Below are positions 14,060 through 28,154 of a stretch of DNA of 64,000 nt, piece after piece; positions within the stretch are counted from its first letter, which is position 1; each line of letters begins with the position of its first letter. The position numbers and the translations under genes were made by a program. Under the pieces are notes generated by a model. That model was given only the letters and a program-made list of their open reading frames with translations, made no database searches and was not told the origin of the DNA. Origin of the DNA: Takakia lepidozioides (lineage: Eukaryota > Plantae > Bryophyta); NCBI GenBank assembly GCA_030704615.1, contig CM060734.1:49042001-49106000 (forward strand), written 5' to 3'.

Positions 14060-15150
14060 AGTCGTCTCTCCCACACTCCCACTAACCTTGCTCGATCCCT
14101 CGCGTTCCCAGTCAACGAAAATCGTTCGGTATGGAAGAAAAATGGGCGCCATTACTTACAGCCCCCTTATACCGTATTACTATTACTGTTTGGTTTTGCA
14201 AACTACCTATGGCTTTGCAGGGTTACATCATTTCGGGGCATTATTGAGGAAGAGGAAGGAAAGAGCAAAGATTTCATCAAAGAGCAATTGGGCAGAGCAG
14301 CCAGGCTGCCAGGGCTACGAGGAATGGCAGCATGACGCCACGTTGAGCAACCTCTGCACGTCGATCGTAGCCTGCAGGTAGCCTACTATCTACATCTTGC
14401 TTGACATTTCAGCTGTGGTTCCATCTCGATCTTAATCTCTCTTCTCGCATTGCATGCCCTGAAAGTTGGATGGATCTGGGTGCTTGCAGCAGCCATCGAG
14501 CTGGGCAGGAAATTCCCAGTTTTGTTTCTTTTCCCACACGTCACAGTGGGTGTGTGATCTTGCACCCGGTAGCTCTTGGTGATGCTGAGGTGAGGTCAGT
14601 GCCCGGGCAAGCGTTTACTGGTTGATCAGGTGTCGTCTGTGCTAGATTCGAGGGGGTCACAGCGTGGATTCTTTGCCATGACGAAATTCTTCAAAGCATG
14701 CTTCAAACCGGAGGGTGGGTATTTGCATTTATGGGAGCTCGAGGTAGGGAAGATTGGGAGATGGGTTTCGGGGTGAAGACGTCAATGGTTCCGCAGGGAC
14801 GAGTGGTCAGCAATGTGCATCCAACCCTGACCTGTTAGCATGCCCAAAAACATAAATTGATGAACGACAAACAGTACTGGCTGCTGGGAAATTGAGTGGG
14901 TAGTTCATCATTCTAGGAATCATGAGCGAGGTAGTTCTTCAGGGATATCTAACCGTACCGTCAAGTTGCCATCATATAAATACCTTGCTCTGGAAGGATT
15001 CAATTATCAGTCATAATTGCAGAGGGAAAAGAGAAAGAGTGAGGCAGGCATCAGCGGCTCTAGGTGTCCCAGAATGAGCTTTGATCTTGTCGATGCATTG
15101 TGAGTCTACCCTACCAAAGTTCACCCGGGTATCTTTCTTTTGGGCCCAAA
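14060..15150. promoter_or_regulatory. Short head-to-head intergenic region between OST1 and GRIP (candidate bidirectional promoter with a GRIP 5'UTR intron)
   Basis: Divergent ATGs at 14059 (-) and 15151 (+). Donor-like GCAG|GTAG near 14378 and acceptor ATTGCAG near 15022. Confidence 0.45.
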
Positions 15151-18100
15151 ATGGCAGCGGTAGAATCAGAGACGTTGAAAGCAGAAAATGCACGGTTGAC
15201 GGCCGAAATGACGTCAATGAAGAAAAAAATAATGTTAGCTATGAAGAAGCAGAATGCAGAAGTCAAGGCAGCCCAACAGAAGGCTGCAGCTGCGGAAGCT
15301 GCCCTTGCGGCTGCCATGTCTGCCAGCCATAGTGAGTTCAATTCCCATTCTGCAATTGAGGCCCCCTCCACCGGGATTGATGGAGTGGCTGTTTCTGGTT
15401 CCTCTCCTTCTCCTGCTTCTCCATATGGGAGGGTCTTTTCTTCTGGGAGAAGTGAGTTGACCGAGGTATCTTCAAATGGCGAGGAGGGAGGGGATGAAGC
15501 CAATGGTGAAACACAGGGTGAAATAGAACGGTTGAGAGTTGAATTGGTGAAGGAACGAGAGCAACATCAAAGCAGACAAGATGTGCTACTGCAGGAGAAG
15601 CAGCGTTTGGAGGATGACATGTTAAAATGTAGGTCCTATATCCCGCCGCTGAACTCCCCCTTTTCTGTTACACATGAACTCGGGAAAGTCCAAGGCAAAG
15701 ATGTAGAACTATAGTGTCTTCAACCCTGCAAGAGAACCATTGTATGCATCAAGAAGGAGAGAGGGTTGGTAGGCTGGATGATATAAAATAAAACTGGTAG
15801 AGAATGAGATTTAATTTGTACGATAGTGCTCAGCTCCTGGGATGCAGAGCATTGTGACTGTTATTTTTATCTGGTTTCAATCCTTCACTGAATTATTGCA
15901 TGTGCTTGTGAGATGATAGCCGATCATGAAATCAGGTGGTCCACCTTAGAGACAAAAGACTGATGCTAATCTGCTTGCTACATGGGAAGGTAAATGAGTG
16001 TAAAATGTTTGCCGGCACACAGGCAGTATCCATGATGTGCACTATTTAAAAAGTGAAAACTGCAACTTGGTTGCATTAGTAGAAATGGAAAAAGGAAATT
16101 AGGAAAACCATGATAATCAGCAAGACAGCTACCCAGACTTGGCATGCATGCTATGGTATATACACAAAAGTCGTGAAACCTAGAACGAGAAGCCAGCTGT
16201 CCCTGTTCTAGAATTGAGTTGTCATGTATTTGCAGATGACATCAGTGCTTGTGTTGGGTGCAGTGAGGGAGACAATGGAGTCAGATGCACGCCAAAGGTT
16301 GGAAGAAAGAGAGAAGCTTGAAGCGGAGTTGAGTACGGTGAAAGAAACTTCGCAGAAACGTATTGAGCAGCTTATTGAGGTGATTAAGTTTCAGTCTTGG
16401 TGCAATTCTATGGTTTATGAGGTTTCCTGCAACAGGTCATATACATAAATTGCATATGGTGCTGCATATAGGGAAAGAGTGTGGGTTCTGTATTTAGTTG
16501 GTGATGAATGAGTTAGTATCCGGAGATGAGATGTTGAGCAGCACAAAATGCAATCTCACTGCAGAGCAATCAAAAGTTGGAGGCTCGGGTGGAGCACGTG
16601 TCCAAGGAAGGTGAGGAAACCAGTCGTGCATGCACCGACCTTTTGCAGCAAACTGAACGGTCAGCACTCCTGTCTGCCTAGCAAACTCAGAAAAGGGTGG
16701 ACAATGAAGCAGCTTGATGGCTGAGGAACACAAATTCCGAGTATTTCATGTTTTTGCAAGGTGGTGTTGCAAGGAGTGCACCCCACCCTATGAGTCTAGG
16801 ATCTGACTGGGGAAGGGGGACGCTGTCATGGTTGTTGTCTCTGCCTGAGCAGAGAGCTAGAGCTTAGGGGGTGTTGATTTGGAAAGTGGTGGGCTGGGTA
16901 GGATTTCCAAGGAGCTGGAGGAGACGCATGCAGCCCTTATCAAGGCACATCAGCAGGCGGAGGAGAAGGCTAAGGTTTATAAAACTCTGAAGTTTGACTG
17001 GCTTTCAGTAATGGCTTTAATGAACAGAAATGTCCCACTTTCACATTCATCATGCTGCTGGTTCAGAGGTGGTTGGTGTATGGACATCTTCATTGTTGCT
17101 TACAAGAAAGGAAATGACATTACTTGGAGGAAATAGGTGAAAGTTTGGACTAACCTATACAAGAAAATTACCTCCAGTGGAGGAAAGGGAAGGACATGAC
17201 GTATAGTGAACAGACCAAACATATGAAGTATAACATTGTTGAAATGTGTTGAATGTGTTGAGGTCTATGGTGAATTGGCTAGATGATTGTAGACGATTCT
17301 CTATAGGGGTTATCTGGCCATATTTGATCCATTCTACAAACACTCGGTAGCCGCCTCAAAAATGGGATGCTACCTCAGGAATTGGAGCAGGTGGCTGCAT
17401 CCCGGAAAGCAGCGCAGGATGGTCAGGAGGCCGCCCTAGGGCAGCTCATGGCGCACCTTCATGAGGTAACCAGCATGACCCCATCTATGCTTTCAACTAA
17501 AGAGGCTTTTAAGAATTTCCTGTTAACTCTGAAATGCATGCCAGTTCCTTGTCTCTGTTCTATTCTCTCATGGAATATACCCCTGCAGACTATCAGTGCT
17601 CCTCTGTTCTCTTATGTGTCATAGGGTGAGTAGCTTAGCTACTAAATGCTAGTGGGTACAGCTGGTGCTATACAGGATGTGAGATAGAGAGGGAGAGGAA
17701 GGATACTCACTTGCAGGAATATGTTTTTCTACAGATGGAGGCTGCTGTTGCTTCACATGGGGGTGAGGTGAGCCAGTCTTGATACTGGGGGATGCTTCTC
17801 ACATTGCAATATGCTGCTACTTAACAACAAGCTGCCCAGTTCTTTCTTGTACACAATCATCTGCTGCATTTGCGAGCAGTAGCTTATGACTGTGTCTAAC
17901 CAAGAATGCGGTGAACAGCAATTGGCTTGTGTTGCAGGAGACACTGTTTGTACCAGGAGTTTCGCAATCTGTGATTGAGTGGAAGTTGGTGCTGTTGTGT
18001 TATGTGTCTGGTACAGGAAGCAGGAGGCAAGGAGGCCCAAGGCAATGATGCAAGGGCTGAGCTGGCAGTCAGTCAAGCCACCGTGGCTAACCTTCGTGAG

Positions 18101-21100
18101 CAGGTGGCCGTGCTTCACCAGCGCTTGGAGGCCTCCACAGTTGAAGCTCTACCCCACTGCAATGGCAACGGCTCAGTGCTATCTGAGTCTCTGGATCTGC
18201 AAGAACAAGACAAGATGCTTGCCACCACACTTTTGGAAGTGAAAGCACAACATGAAGGTCTGCAGCAGCAACTCCAGGAAGCGCACCTGCAAGCTCAGAG
18301 CCTGCAAGTGGAACTCCAAGAGCGGCAGCAGCAGCAGGAGGCTGCTGAAGCTGCTGCCCTCCGCCTCTCAGTTGCCTGTGCGGCGGCTGAGCAAAGGGCT
18401 GACACTCTTTCTAGTGAGATTGCAAATGGTAAGGGCATTCGTAGCAGTAGGCAGGTTCTTGCATATGGTACCCCGACGGTAGAACTGTTCCCTGAGTTCC
18501 TTTGCTCAGGCCGACCAACGTATAGTACTCAAGCCGCCTTTGTCGTGTGAGTATGTAGCTGTCCATGTAAGCTGTTGATGACTGAACAGTTGTCAAGTTG
18601 GAAGCTAGTTTGTCTTCAATTCAAAGTTATTCCAGAGTGCCAACCCTCTCTAGCCACTCTGGCTGTCCAGAGCAACTAGGAAAGTGAAGCAAGATGGAAG
18701 TGGTCATTAACCAAAGAGATTACTGAGAGAGCTTCTTCTCCCAATGAATGGGGGCATTGTAGATGATGAAAACCTTTTTATGACTGAATTTCTTGGTTAT
18801 CATTCCTCACTTCTCTCTGGGAAGCTCACTAAGAATCAGGTGGTACAGCTGGCAGGAAGTTGGAGGAAGAGATAAGTGCTAGGGATGATAAGTATGCAGA
18901 GTTGGATTCAAAATTTGGCCGTTTGCAAAAGCGTGCTAAGCAGCGCATCCAAGAAGTTCAAAAGGTTCACAGCCTTTCTTCCCGAGTCTGTTCATGATCT
19001 ATTGCCATATCTTGTCGCTAAATTTGTGACTTCCTTAGTGTGGGCTTGGAAAGTTTCTACAGGCAATTTTGACCCAAAGTGCTCTAGTTTCTGTCAGTCA
19101 GTCTAGAATCAGGGGAGCACCCAAGTGCAGTCAGTGCATCCTTTCTTTTCATAGTCAATACTGCTCTGCATGTTTGCAGGCGAAGCTGACAGTAGGAAGG
19201 GGTGTGGGCATTACAATGGCAGGAGAAAGAAGAAGTGGAAGCACTGGTCACTGTAACAGAGGAGAAGGCAGTGCAAGCATTAGCCCGCCAAGCTGCATTA
19301 CAAGCAGATTTGGACCGTACCCGCACTCAGGCTGGGGATGCCCTTCGCACCCTCGATTCTGAGCGCCAGCAATTGCGTACTGCCCATCTCAGGTTGCTTA
19401 TTTAAGGCTTTTGACTTTCTCAGTCTTTTCCTGTTTCTCTGCCGATGTGTGATCAATGCAGTGGTATAGCCAAAATGGTAACTAGTTCTACTATCATACT
19501 ATTGCACTGGCACTCAATGGCCTTAGGTCGTATTTGTGTGGGGAACCAGTTAGATGACAACCCAACTTCCCTTCTATTCTTGTCAATCCTCTAAATACAC
19601 TGGTGGTTCACATTATGTGGGACATTGTTGAAACTCCATCAGATGGCTGGGAGGCAGGGCTGTAAATCTAGGAACTGGTCTTAGCTATTGCATTTGTGTA
19701 GGCTCAAAGAGGAAATGGAGGAGCTTCGCCATGCGCTTGATGCCAAGGAACACAATCTTGCCGAGTCACGACGTCTGGCTTCTGAGAAGGATCAGGTTCT
19801 GTTATGTCCTGCTGCAGATGAGATGGATAGAAACAGTAGATCTAGTTCATCGCATAATCATGAAACAGAATCTTTTGTGGTGACATGGCCTTTCACTCCT
19901 TACAGTTCATTGTAAATATGTTCTTTAGTTGTATAGGAGGTGATCCTGTAACTCCAATGGGGACTAAGACCACTCCCTGCATTAGATGGTGAAGCTTTGT
20001 GTCAGGGGTAATCAGTGCTTGTGTGGTATATCTTCTTCTAAACCTTGACAGTGCAGGTGATGTATGCATGGAAAGAACAATTGGTGAGTAAATCATGGGA
20101 AAGAGAGTATGTGTTCTACGTTGAGGAGTTTCCCTGTGACAAATTACATTACAAGCAACAACTTGAAGATGTGGTGGGTGGTTTGTAGACTGTGCTGGAG
20201 ATGGCCTCCATGTTGAAGGAAGCTGAGGCTAAACAGGAGGCTATTATACTAGATTTGAAGGAGAAACACCAGAAGGTGTGTGCCCTGGTGCCTGAGCTGT
20301 TCACCGTTTACTGTATATTTAGTTTAGCAATGTGAGGATGGAAACGTCTGGTTGGCAAGAGAAAGGTCTGCTATCTCATTTGATCAAGCTGTTCAGATGT
20401 TTGGCCCATTGAATACATCCGTTGATGAAGATTTAAGGTCTTCAGGGTTATTAGTGGTCTCTTAACTTGCTTCGCCTACTTTGCAGGCGATAGAGGGTTT
20501 GGAGTTGCAGTTGGCTGATTCTGCAAGAGACTGCAGTAAGGTGGTTGATACCCTCTCGGCCCTTCAGGTGAGATTAACTTTACATTCGGTGGATGCAGCA
20601 GCAGATGCCAGGGAGGGGAAATCAGATAGAGGATGCTTTCCTCAGATAATCTGCTCTATAGCTATCTGCTGATTGTCTAACTCTCTGCTGCAGCTTTCTT
20701 CTGTATTGAGAGCTGTAGATTGCATGCACCCCATAACTAACCTGTACATAGCATAAGCTGCTAAGTCGGCACCCAGCCAACTTTGAAAGAGAACGCTGCA
20801 CTATGAATTGTGGATGTCTCTGAGGTAGTTGTGTATAGCAGGTAATCATCAGGTAACCAAGTCCCCCTTTCCAAATTATTGTTCAACTGAAAGCTTCTTG
20901 TTTTACTTTTCGGTTGTTTTTTCTCCATAGTCTGTTCTGTTCTGATACTGTATCCTTGATCACTCCAAGAGTCAGAGCCACTGACATCACTTAAAAAGTA
21001 TACTCCACTTGTTTGTGGTTTTCTTGTACTTCATAGTTATGGACTAGGTAGCATTTGAGAGGAGCCCCTGCTACCGGATATAGCAGGGACGACCTGCTAT

Positions 21101-24100
21101 ATCCGATAGCAGGGGCTCCTCTCGAGCACTACCGGACATAACCGGTTTTTAGGGCAGCGAGCCAGTCAGTTTACCCTTGTACGTACCTACCACCACCGGA
21201 TATAGCAGGGAGCCAGGACCTACCGAGCCGCATAGGTAGTTAAAATCTAGTAGGTCATAGAATACCACATATAGCACCCCTCCTCAAATCCAGTAGAAAC
21301 ACGCCACGTCAGCGAGTCTGCTCTAAAAATCGGTTATGTGCTACTACCATTGTGTCTATCTGTCTTTTGTTTAATTAATTGTTCTTGTGGAATCCATTCT
21401 GGTATGCTCCATGGGCAAGGCCTAGCTCATTGTAGCCTACAGTCAGAGGATTAGGCTAAGAGGAGGCGATGCATTGCAGGCCCAGCTGGCAGACAAGGAA
21501 GCCAGGTTGGCAGAGGTGGAAGCAGCCAGCAGTGGTGAGCTTGTTCGGCTCGGGGCAATGCTCGAGGCAGCACGTGGCGAAGTTTCCCGCCTCGATCTTG
21601 AGCATGTTTGTCTCCAAATCTACCTCCCTTCTGGTTCATGCAAAACTTCTTTCCGATCTCCTTATGCTGACGATAGGTTTTGGTTGGATGGGTGTGTTCA
21701 GAGAAAGGAGAAGGAGGTATGGGAGTCAAATGTGGTCAAGTTGAAGAACAAGTTGGAGGAATCAGAGAAAACGCATAGTCGACTAGAGGTGGCTGCAGCA
21801 GAGACCAGAGGTGCATACAGTTCTTCATTGCTACTTATGTGGTCGCAGTGACCTGCAGAGTTTGAGTCACAAATTAGATTTGAGGTTCAGGATTCCATCA
21901 CTGGCTTTGCAACAATCTAACATTGTTGTAAACTGCAGGTAAGCTGGAGTCAGAATTGGAGGGACAATGTCAAGCTTTGAGTGCCGCTCAATCCGAACTT
22001 GTGATAGCCAGAGAGGAGGTACTGTTGTCTGGGCTATCTAACACTTTGAAACTCCTAAACAGTTGAAACTAAACAGTTGATTCAGCATATTTCCCACTCA
22101 CCTAGCTATGTGGCTGTCCTACCCACTCATGGATCTGCCAGTTTTCCCTTACTGGTCTTAGTTTGTCACCACTGGTTGGAATATAATTTTGAGGGAATCC
22201 AGCTCTTCTAGTTAGATAATCAGCTTTGGCATCCTCAATCATTGATTCAACAAGAATGTTGGATAGAAGCTTTTTTCAGAGGGAAGCTATGCTCAGTGCC
22301 ATCATCTGGTGTGATGCAGACTGCACAATGTGCCAAGGAGTTGGCAGCATACAAAGTGCGTGCTTATGCACTACTGCAGAAGAAAGAGGCAGAGTTGGTA
22401 GCAGCCCAGGACACAGAGCTGTTGGCAGCCCAGGAGGCGGCTCTCCAGGTCCAGCCAATGCCATCTCCCTTTACAGCTGCTTGATTTGCAAGGTCATACT
22501 GAAATGTGTGCTTCCAGTAAGTTGGAGGGGTTCAAGCTGGCCTCCTGAAGAGGGGTTGAGGAGTACGTGGGTTGGAGGGTGCAGGAAGCAAAGACAGAGG
22601 CAGCAGCAGCTGCAGCTGAAAGAGATCGAGCTGTGAAAGCACTGCAGGAAGCTGTCACCGAGTACCAGACTCAACTTGATGCCAGGTGCATGCCACTACT
22701 TTTACCTTCAGCGTTCAAGTGGCAGTCGTTATCACATTCACATGTTTAAAAAGAATCCGTATGTGTACCCCGTAAGCTGATCAAGCAAGGGTCTTTGTGT
22801 AACTCTTAGCTATCAGCAGAGGGATATAACTATTGTAGCCTGTAGGTGCACAGTTTTGCCAGCTACATAGAGGATCCTTTGCACTGAATAGGTGAAGTGA
22901 CACTGAGGACTAGGGACAGGTACTGATTTTGCTTTCATGAATTACAGAGCGGTGGCCATCCTGGATGCAGAGCAACATATTTGGGACTTGGCCACAAAAC
23001 TGGAGTCAAGCAAGGCCCTACTGCTCTCACAGCAATTAGAGTGGCAGGGTCGCATCGAACAAGTTGAAGAGACCTGTCGTTGTAAGTTGCTCTGTTGTTT
23101 GAATTCTTGACATATTGTGGATGCAGTTGCCAGTATACCAGGTCAGCTGTGGCGATGTCTCCTACAGAAGTGTGTTCTTGAAGTGTGTTCTATAATATTT
23201 TCGTTCTCAGTGTAGTCAGTGTAGTGCGTATATTAGCTTGCAACAGACCCTTAGCACTACCGTGGAAGTTGACTACCAGTAGCCGGAAGATCAATGGCAA
23301 GGGTTCTGTTCTTTGATACAGTGAAGTGTGAAGTGGTGGAAGTGAAGGCCAGGGGAAGCAGACCTAATGAAGCAGACCTGAGCAGTGAGCTTGCTGCCCT
23401 TCGTACCACGCATGAGCAACTCAAGGTGATGAGAATTCTGTAGCCTTCCTTGCTGTTCTTTGTCCTTTGCCCATTACTTCTGCCCAACACAACTTGTAGG
23501 GATCCACATCTACACAGCAGAAGAATCGGCAGTGACCAGTTTCCAGTGAACTTCAATTCTCATTCACAGGCAGCAGAAATTTTGACTGTTGAGACCAAAT
23601 TAATACTGAAAGGGTTCTGATTTTGCAGCAATATCACAGAACAATGTGGACCCCAAGACTTTGTAAGTTTTATACAGTAATTGGATGGTTTTCTCCTGCA
23701 AGTTCTCATTTTAGGGGGCTGTGGTTGTCTGGCAAACCAAGTTTTGGGACACACACAACTTGTATGTGTACAAGTTGGGTTTTGATGTAAAGAACGAACA
23801 GTTCCGGAAAGTCTACTTTTGTGGCATGTCAGAAGCATTAATACTTTATGCTAAAGCACAGCATCCAATAGATGGCCCAGTGGTTAGGGCACAAGTCCGC
23901 CTTACAAGTGTTCATGCATTCAAAGCCGCATGGATGTATGTTGGATGTCACCCATTATAGCCAATCCAGCTATAAAAATGGGTCCCCTGGTCAACCGGTC
24001 ACTTAGGGTACCTGAGGACTTGCGAGTCCTTTGGGGAGGTTTAGGCAACCGCATTGCCCCGGTACAGCCAAACAGAAGGCAGTAGCCCTTTGGGTTGGAG

Positions 24101-27100
24101 TGACACCATAAGTTACGCCTGCTTCGGCAGGAGTCTTACTCTCTCTCTCTCTCTCTGCTGAGGTTAAGAAAACCATGCTTTGTCACGTTATTAGACCTGC
24201 CTTGGAGTACGGATCTGCTATATGGGTTGATAACTCCAACCAGGCTAAGTCTCTAGAATCCATTCAAGTGGGGGTGCTTAAGGAGTGTATGTCAGCATGC
24301 TCCAAAACAGCCAATGTGGCTGTTCGGGGTGAGTTTGGCATTCCGTCCTTAAGCTCCGGACGAGATGAATTCAAGGTCAGATGGTGGGGTCAGCTGCAAC
24401 ATATGCCCAACACCAGATATCCTAAGTTAATCGACTCTATATCTTGGAAACAGGACCGCCCTGTCAAACAGGCTAAGTCCTGGCAGAAGAGAGTAGAAGA
24501 GATTCTCAAGGACCTGGACCTGGATCCGCAAGTCTTGACCCTGCTGGATAAATCTGACTTAGAGGCTGTAGTGTCCTCAGCCATGTCTGTTGCCATGAGA
24601 TTGTCTGATGAAAATGAAGTTAGGCAGAAAACTTCCCTGAACTTGTTTCCAGTCAGTGACATGGGGGAGGACATCTTGGATGACCTCAAGGGTCTACCCA
24701 CTCTCGGCACTAGACTGAAATTTAAACTCAGGGCAGGAAGCCTACCTTTGAACAGCAAACAGAAGCAGAGAGGAAAGGGAGAGTGCAATTGCCCGCTGTG
24801 TGGGCAATCTGAAGACAGTATTCACTTTCTGATACACTGTCCGGGGTTCTCTCACCAAAGAGACGCTCTCTTCAATTCTATCAAGGGAATTGTGCCTGTA
24901 CCCCTGTTTAACAACTTTGAAAGTCTCGAGGCTGAGCCAAAAGCCCAGGCCCTCCTGAGGCCTAGTTTTTGGGCAAATCACACACAGCAGATTGATCTTG
25001 TGTGAAGGGATTTCTAGAGGATATCTGGAAAACCCGGATTAATTCTATATATGATGGTAAGTCACACTACCAACGTCAGCCCCTGACAGAGGTAGGTTCT
25101 GTCCCTTTTGTTCCCGCTCAAACTGGGCGCGGGGTCAATGGCCATAAGGCTACGGCAAACAACGTCTTATGAGTACAATCTCTCTGCTAAAGCAGCAAAC
25201 AACGTCTTATGACTACATTCTCTGCTAAAGCACATTGGGTGCAGTATAGTTTTTGGATTTGTGACTTATCTGTGTTTGTCCAAAGCAGTTGGATTTCTGT
25301 CCAGAGTCATTGAAATCTCTAGGAATTTTTAGATGACAGTTGTTAGACATTGTCATATCATCCCACTGAGTGTCCTCCTGTTTGCATGCCAAGGGTGACT
25401 TAATGATTTTAGAGATTTTGGTGGAGGGTCGGGGTGCAGGGAGAGTTTGATTCTTACCAAGAATTAGCAAATCGCATGATGGAGAATAAGGACCATGAAA
25501 TCTCACGGCTCCTGGATGATATCGCAAGACTCCAGACCTCTTTGCGCTTGCAAACTCAGGTGCCTTCTTGAAGTTCCTTCACTACTATTCCTTTTGACCC
25601 TCTCCCCACCTGACTTGGTGTGTCAGTGTCTTTACGGTTTCCTAATCTTTACACAGCTATGTAGGAAGATGTCCCTTATGGACCTAATCATACTTTCTGT
25701 TTTGACAGGCTGGGACCGGAGCAGTGGAGAAAGCAGGTACTAGCTAACCATTGGTACTAGGTGAATTGAGTCTAGTTGCCTTATGCTGACATTCATTACC
25801 TCCAGTCATGATTGGGTATATCTATGGCATTGCTGTGAAGTCAGATTCCTTGGGGAAATTTGAAACGTTTGGAAGTCCTTTTACCTTCATATCTGAATCA
25901 CATTGCACAGCGTCGTTCAACAATTTCAGTTTCCTGACAGACAATCAAAGTGTGTTGACGTGGTAGTATGGTGTGGTGGGCTAATGCAGTGGCAGATACA
26001 CCAGTGTCTTCTGTGGCAGTTGCAGAACAGCAAATATTGGTGTGCTACTCTTCTTTTTGTGGAATGTTCTCAGTTAGGGAAACTCAGTCAATGTTGGGTG
26101 TTGTTACAGTACCCCTTCGTACTCAAAATTTTAGAGAGAAGCACTCTTCTTCAATTGAACTGCCACTGACCATCAACTTGCACTCAATGGGCTAATATTT
26201 GGAGTATGTGACAAAGATTCTTTGACCTCATTTCCAAGAGCAGGTGATATTTGTGAGGTCCTGTAGGATCCTAGTCGATCTGGCCACAGGTTGAAGGTGA
26301 GTGCACAGTGCTACTGTTTGTTGCTGTGGCAAAACCAGAAAGGTCAGTCAGCCAGATGTCGGCCTCAAAATCTGATATAACTAGTTCATGCCTGCTGTTT
26401 CCAGCTCTTGGCCAGGCAACAAGCACAACGAGAAGAGGAAGTTACACAGTGCCGTCGCCACATTCAGGCCCTGCAAGTATTGTCTACTGAAATTTGCACC
26501 TTTCTGCATTGTTGGTGGAGTTCATAGTTGATGTCTTTGCTAGGGAAAAAGAAGCAAATTCTCTCACACGGACAGGTGCAGATTTTGCAACATTTGGTTG
26601 GTGGCATGATCAGAGCATGGGGATGGGAAACAGGAAGAAATCACGGAGCTGGAGCATGAGAACCGCTTGCACTGTCAACAAGTATGCTAGTATATGATTC
26701 CCCATTGACTGTGGAGTTTTTGGATTGTGCATTCACCAGTATCTGCTGGGCCTGAATGATGGTCCTGCGTGCACCTTGCAGCTCTGACATAGTGCCATGG
26801 GGGAAGTTTCCTGAAAAAACAAGGGAGATGATTGAAACTCCCTTAAGATTGCCAGTCGTGCAGTTCTTTGGAACATCATGTTATGTGGCTTTTGGGGAAG
26901 ATCCTGGCAAAGGTGACAGTTACTGTCATTTAAAGTTGTTTGCTCACTTTGGTGTAGGCGGAAATGCTGAAGGAAGAGCTCCGCAACCTAGAGCGTGCTC
27001 AGAAGCGCGATGGTGTTGATATGACCTACCTCAAGAACGTTGTACTGAAGCTGTTAGAAACTGGTAGCATTCTAACCTCTTTCAAGTTGTACACGTCATT

Positions 27101-28154
27101 TCATACCAAAATGGCAACTGGTTGACAGGCACATGAACAGTGATAGCCTCTATTTCATGGGAGTAGCACCTGGGAGTAGGGTTTCCTGCTTAAGCCCAAG
27201 AGGTATTAAGATATCAGATAAATGTGTTGAGAGCCAAAGTGGTCATGTATAATAAAACATCACTTTAAATAAGCAGCCTATGGATGACACATCTTTAGTG
27301 AGTATGTTTTGCACTATGCATGGGAGAACTGTTAGAAAATGGGTTCCTCAAGTAGCAGAAGTTGATTAGAGAGGGTGGTTTTGCAGGTGAAGTGGAGGCT
27401 CTACTGCCCGTCATTGCCATGCTTCTCCAATTTAGCCCGGAGGAGGTTGTTTGTTCTCTCACTCTGCAATGAACAAAAGGGCTTGTTTAGCACTATAGGG
27501 GTGGGGTTGCAGCAGTAATCAACTTGTGGTTTTCTGTAATTTGGGTGAAGCATGCTGTTTCGACATCTACCATTTGCTTATTCTGTTGGAGTTGTTGGGG
27601 CTGATGAACTGCTGTGGTCTACAGGATCAGTCGAAACATAGAATCAATCTTTGAATCCACAGCGCAAAGTGCTATGACAGATGGCCTTCCCTTCTGTAGC
27701 TTGACTCGTAAACAAAAAGCCAGCCTACATTTTCGATCCTGGTCGATGATATGAAATCTCCTTGCATAAATCCTAGAGTCCAAATGTACATCTGCCAGCA
27801 TCAACTATCCATGCACAAGTGTGACGAAAGAATCCAAATTGGAATCATAGTTTCTCTAGAATGTTGATGAGACAGTTGCATCATGTCATACATATGGTAG
27901 ACTGTAATGTAAGAAGTGCATTGCTGTTGTCTTCTGGCTCCTCAGTAGAGGTAGATATGTTTATGAATAATGCTGGGATGACTGAAGGTGCTCTGTACTT
28001 TGCATTTGAAAATGTGCAGCTCAGGAGATGTCATGAAGCCTACAAGATAAGTGCCGCATCAGAGGTGGTGCCATTAAGTGGGGCAGCAGCTGTGGTAGAT
28101 GCCGCGGCTGCTGCCCCACGCTCTTTGCTCTCAAGACTTACTGGGGGCCGCTAA
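15151..28154 (+). CDS. GRIP: GRIP-domain trans-Golgi golgin (long coiled coil), ~20 exons
   Basis: Many coiled-coil exons, including LDSKFGRLQKRAKQRIQEVQK and ELAAYKVRAYALLQKK. C-terminal GRIP domain VDMTYLKNVVLKLLETG|EVEALLPVIAMLLQFSPEE|LRRCHEAY. Stop at 28152-28154. Confidence 0.92.
21057..21339. mobile_element. Intronic foldback hairpin plus adjacent MITE-like element
   Basis: Hairpin 21057-21123 with 31-bp arms, one mismatch and a 5-nt loop. Inverted repeats 21136-21157 and 21318-21339 match 20/22. An internal copy of CCGGATATAGCAGGGA occurs near 21196. Confidence 0.7.
23861..24159 (+). mobile_element. tRNA-derived SINE with a (CT)n tail in a GRIP intron
   Basis: A-box-like TGGCCCAGTGG at 23873, degenerate B-box ATTCAAAGC in a short stem, and a (CT)n tail at ~24139-24156. 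Preceded by TGCTAAAGCACA (23849-23860), which recurs at 25223-25234. Confidence 0.6.
24160..25222 (+). mobile_element. 5'-truncated non-LTR retrotransposon (RTEX-like): RT thumb region, CCHC finger and 3' end
   Basis: IRPALEYGSAIW, AVRGEFG, LKFKLRAG and CPLCGQSEDSIHFLIHC in ORF 24175-25005. The terminal ~39 bp is tandemly duplicated. TCTCTCTGCT occurs at 24150-24159 and 25179-25188. Confidence 0.85.

Noticed and set aside
23868-23945. Functional tRNA gene
   Set aside because: Only the A box is good; the B box and cloverleaf are degenerate, and it continues into a SINE-like body and tail.
24175-25005. Nested host gene in the GRIP intron
   Set aside because: Motifs are those of a LINE ORF2 C-terminus, and related 3' ends recur elsewhere in the window.
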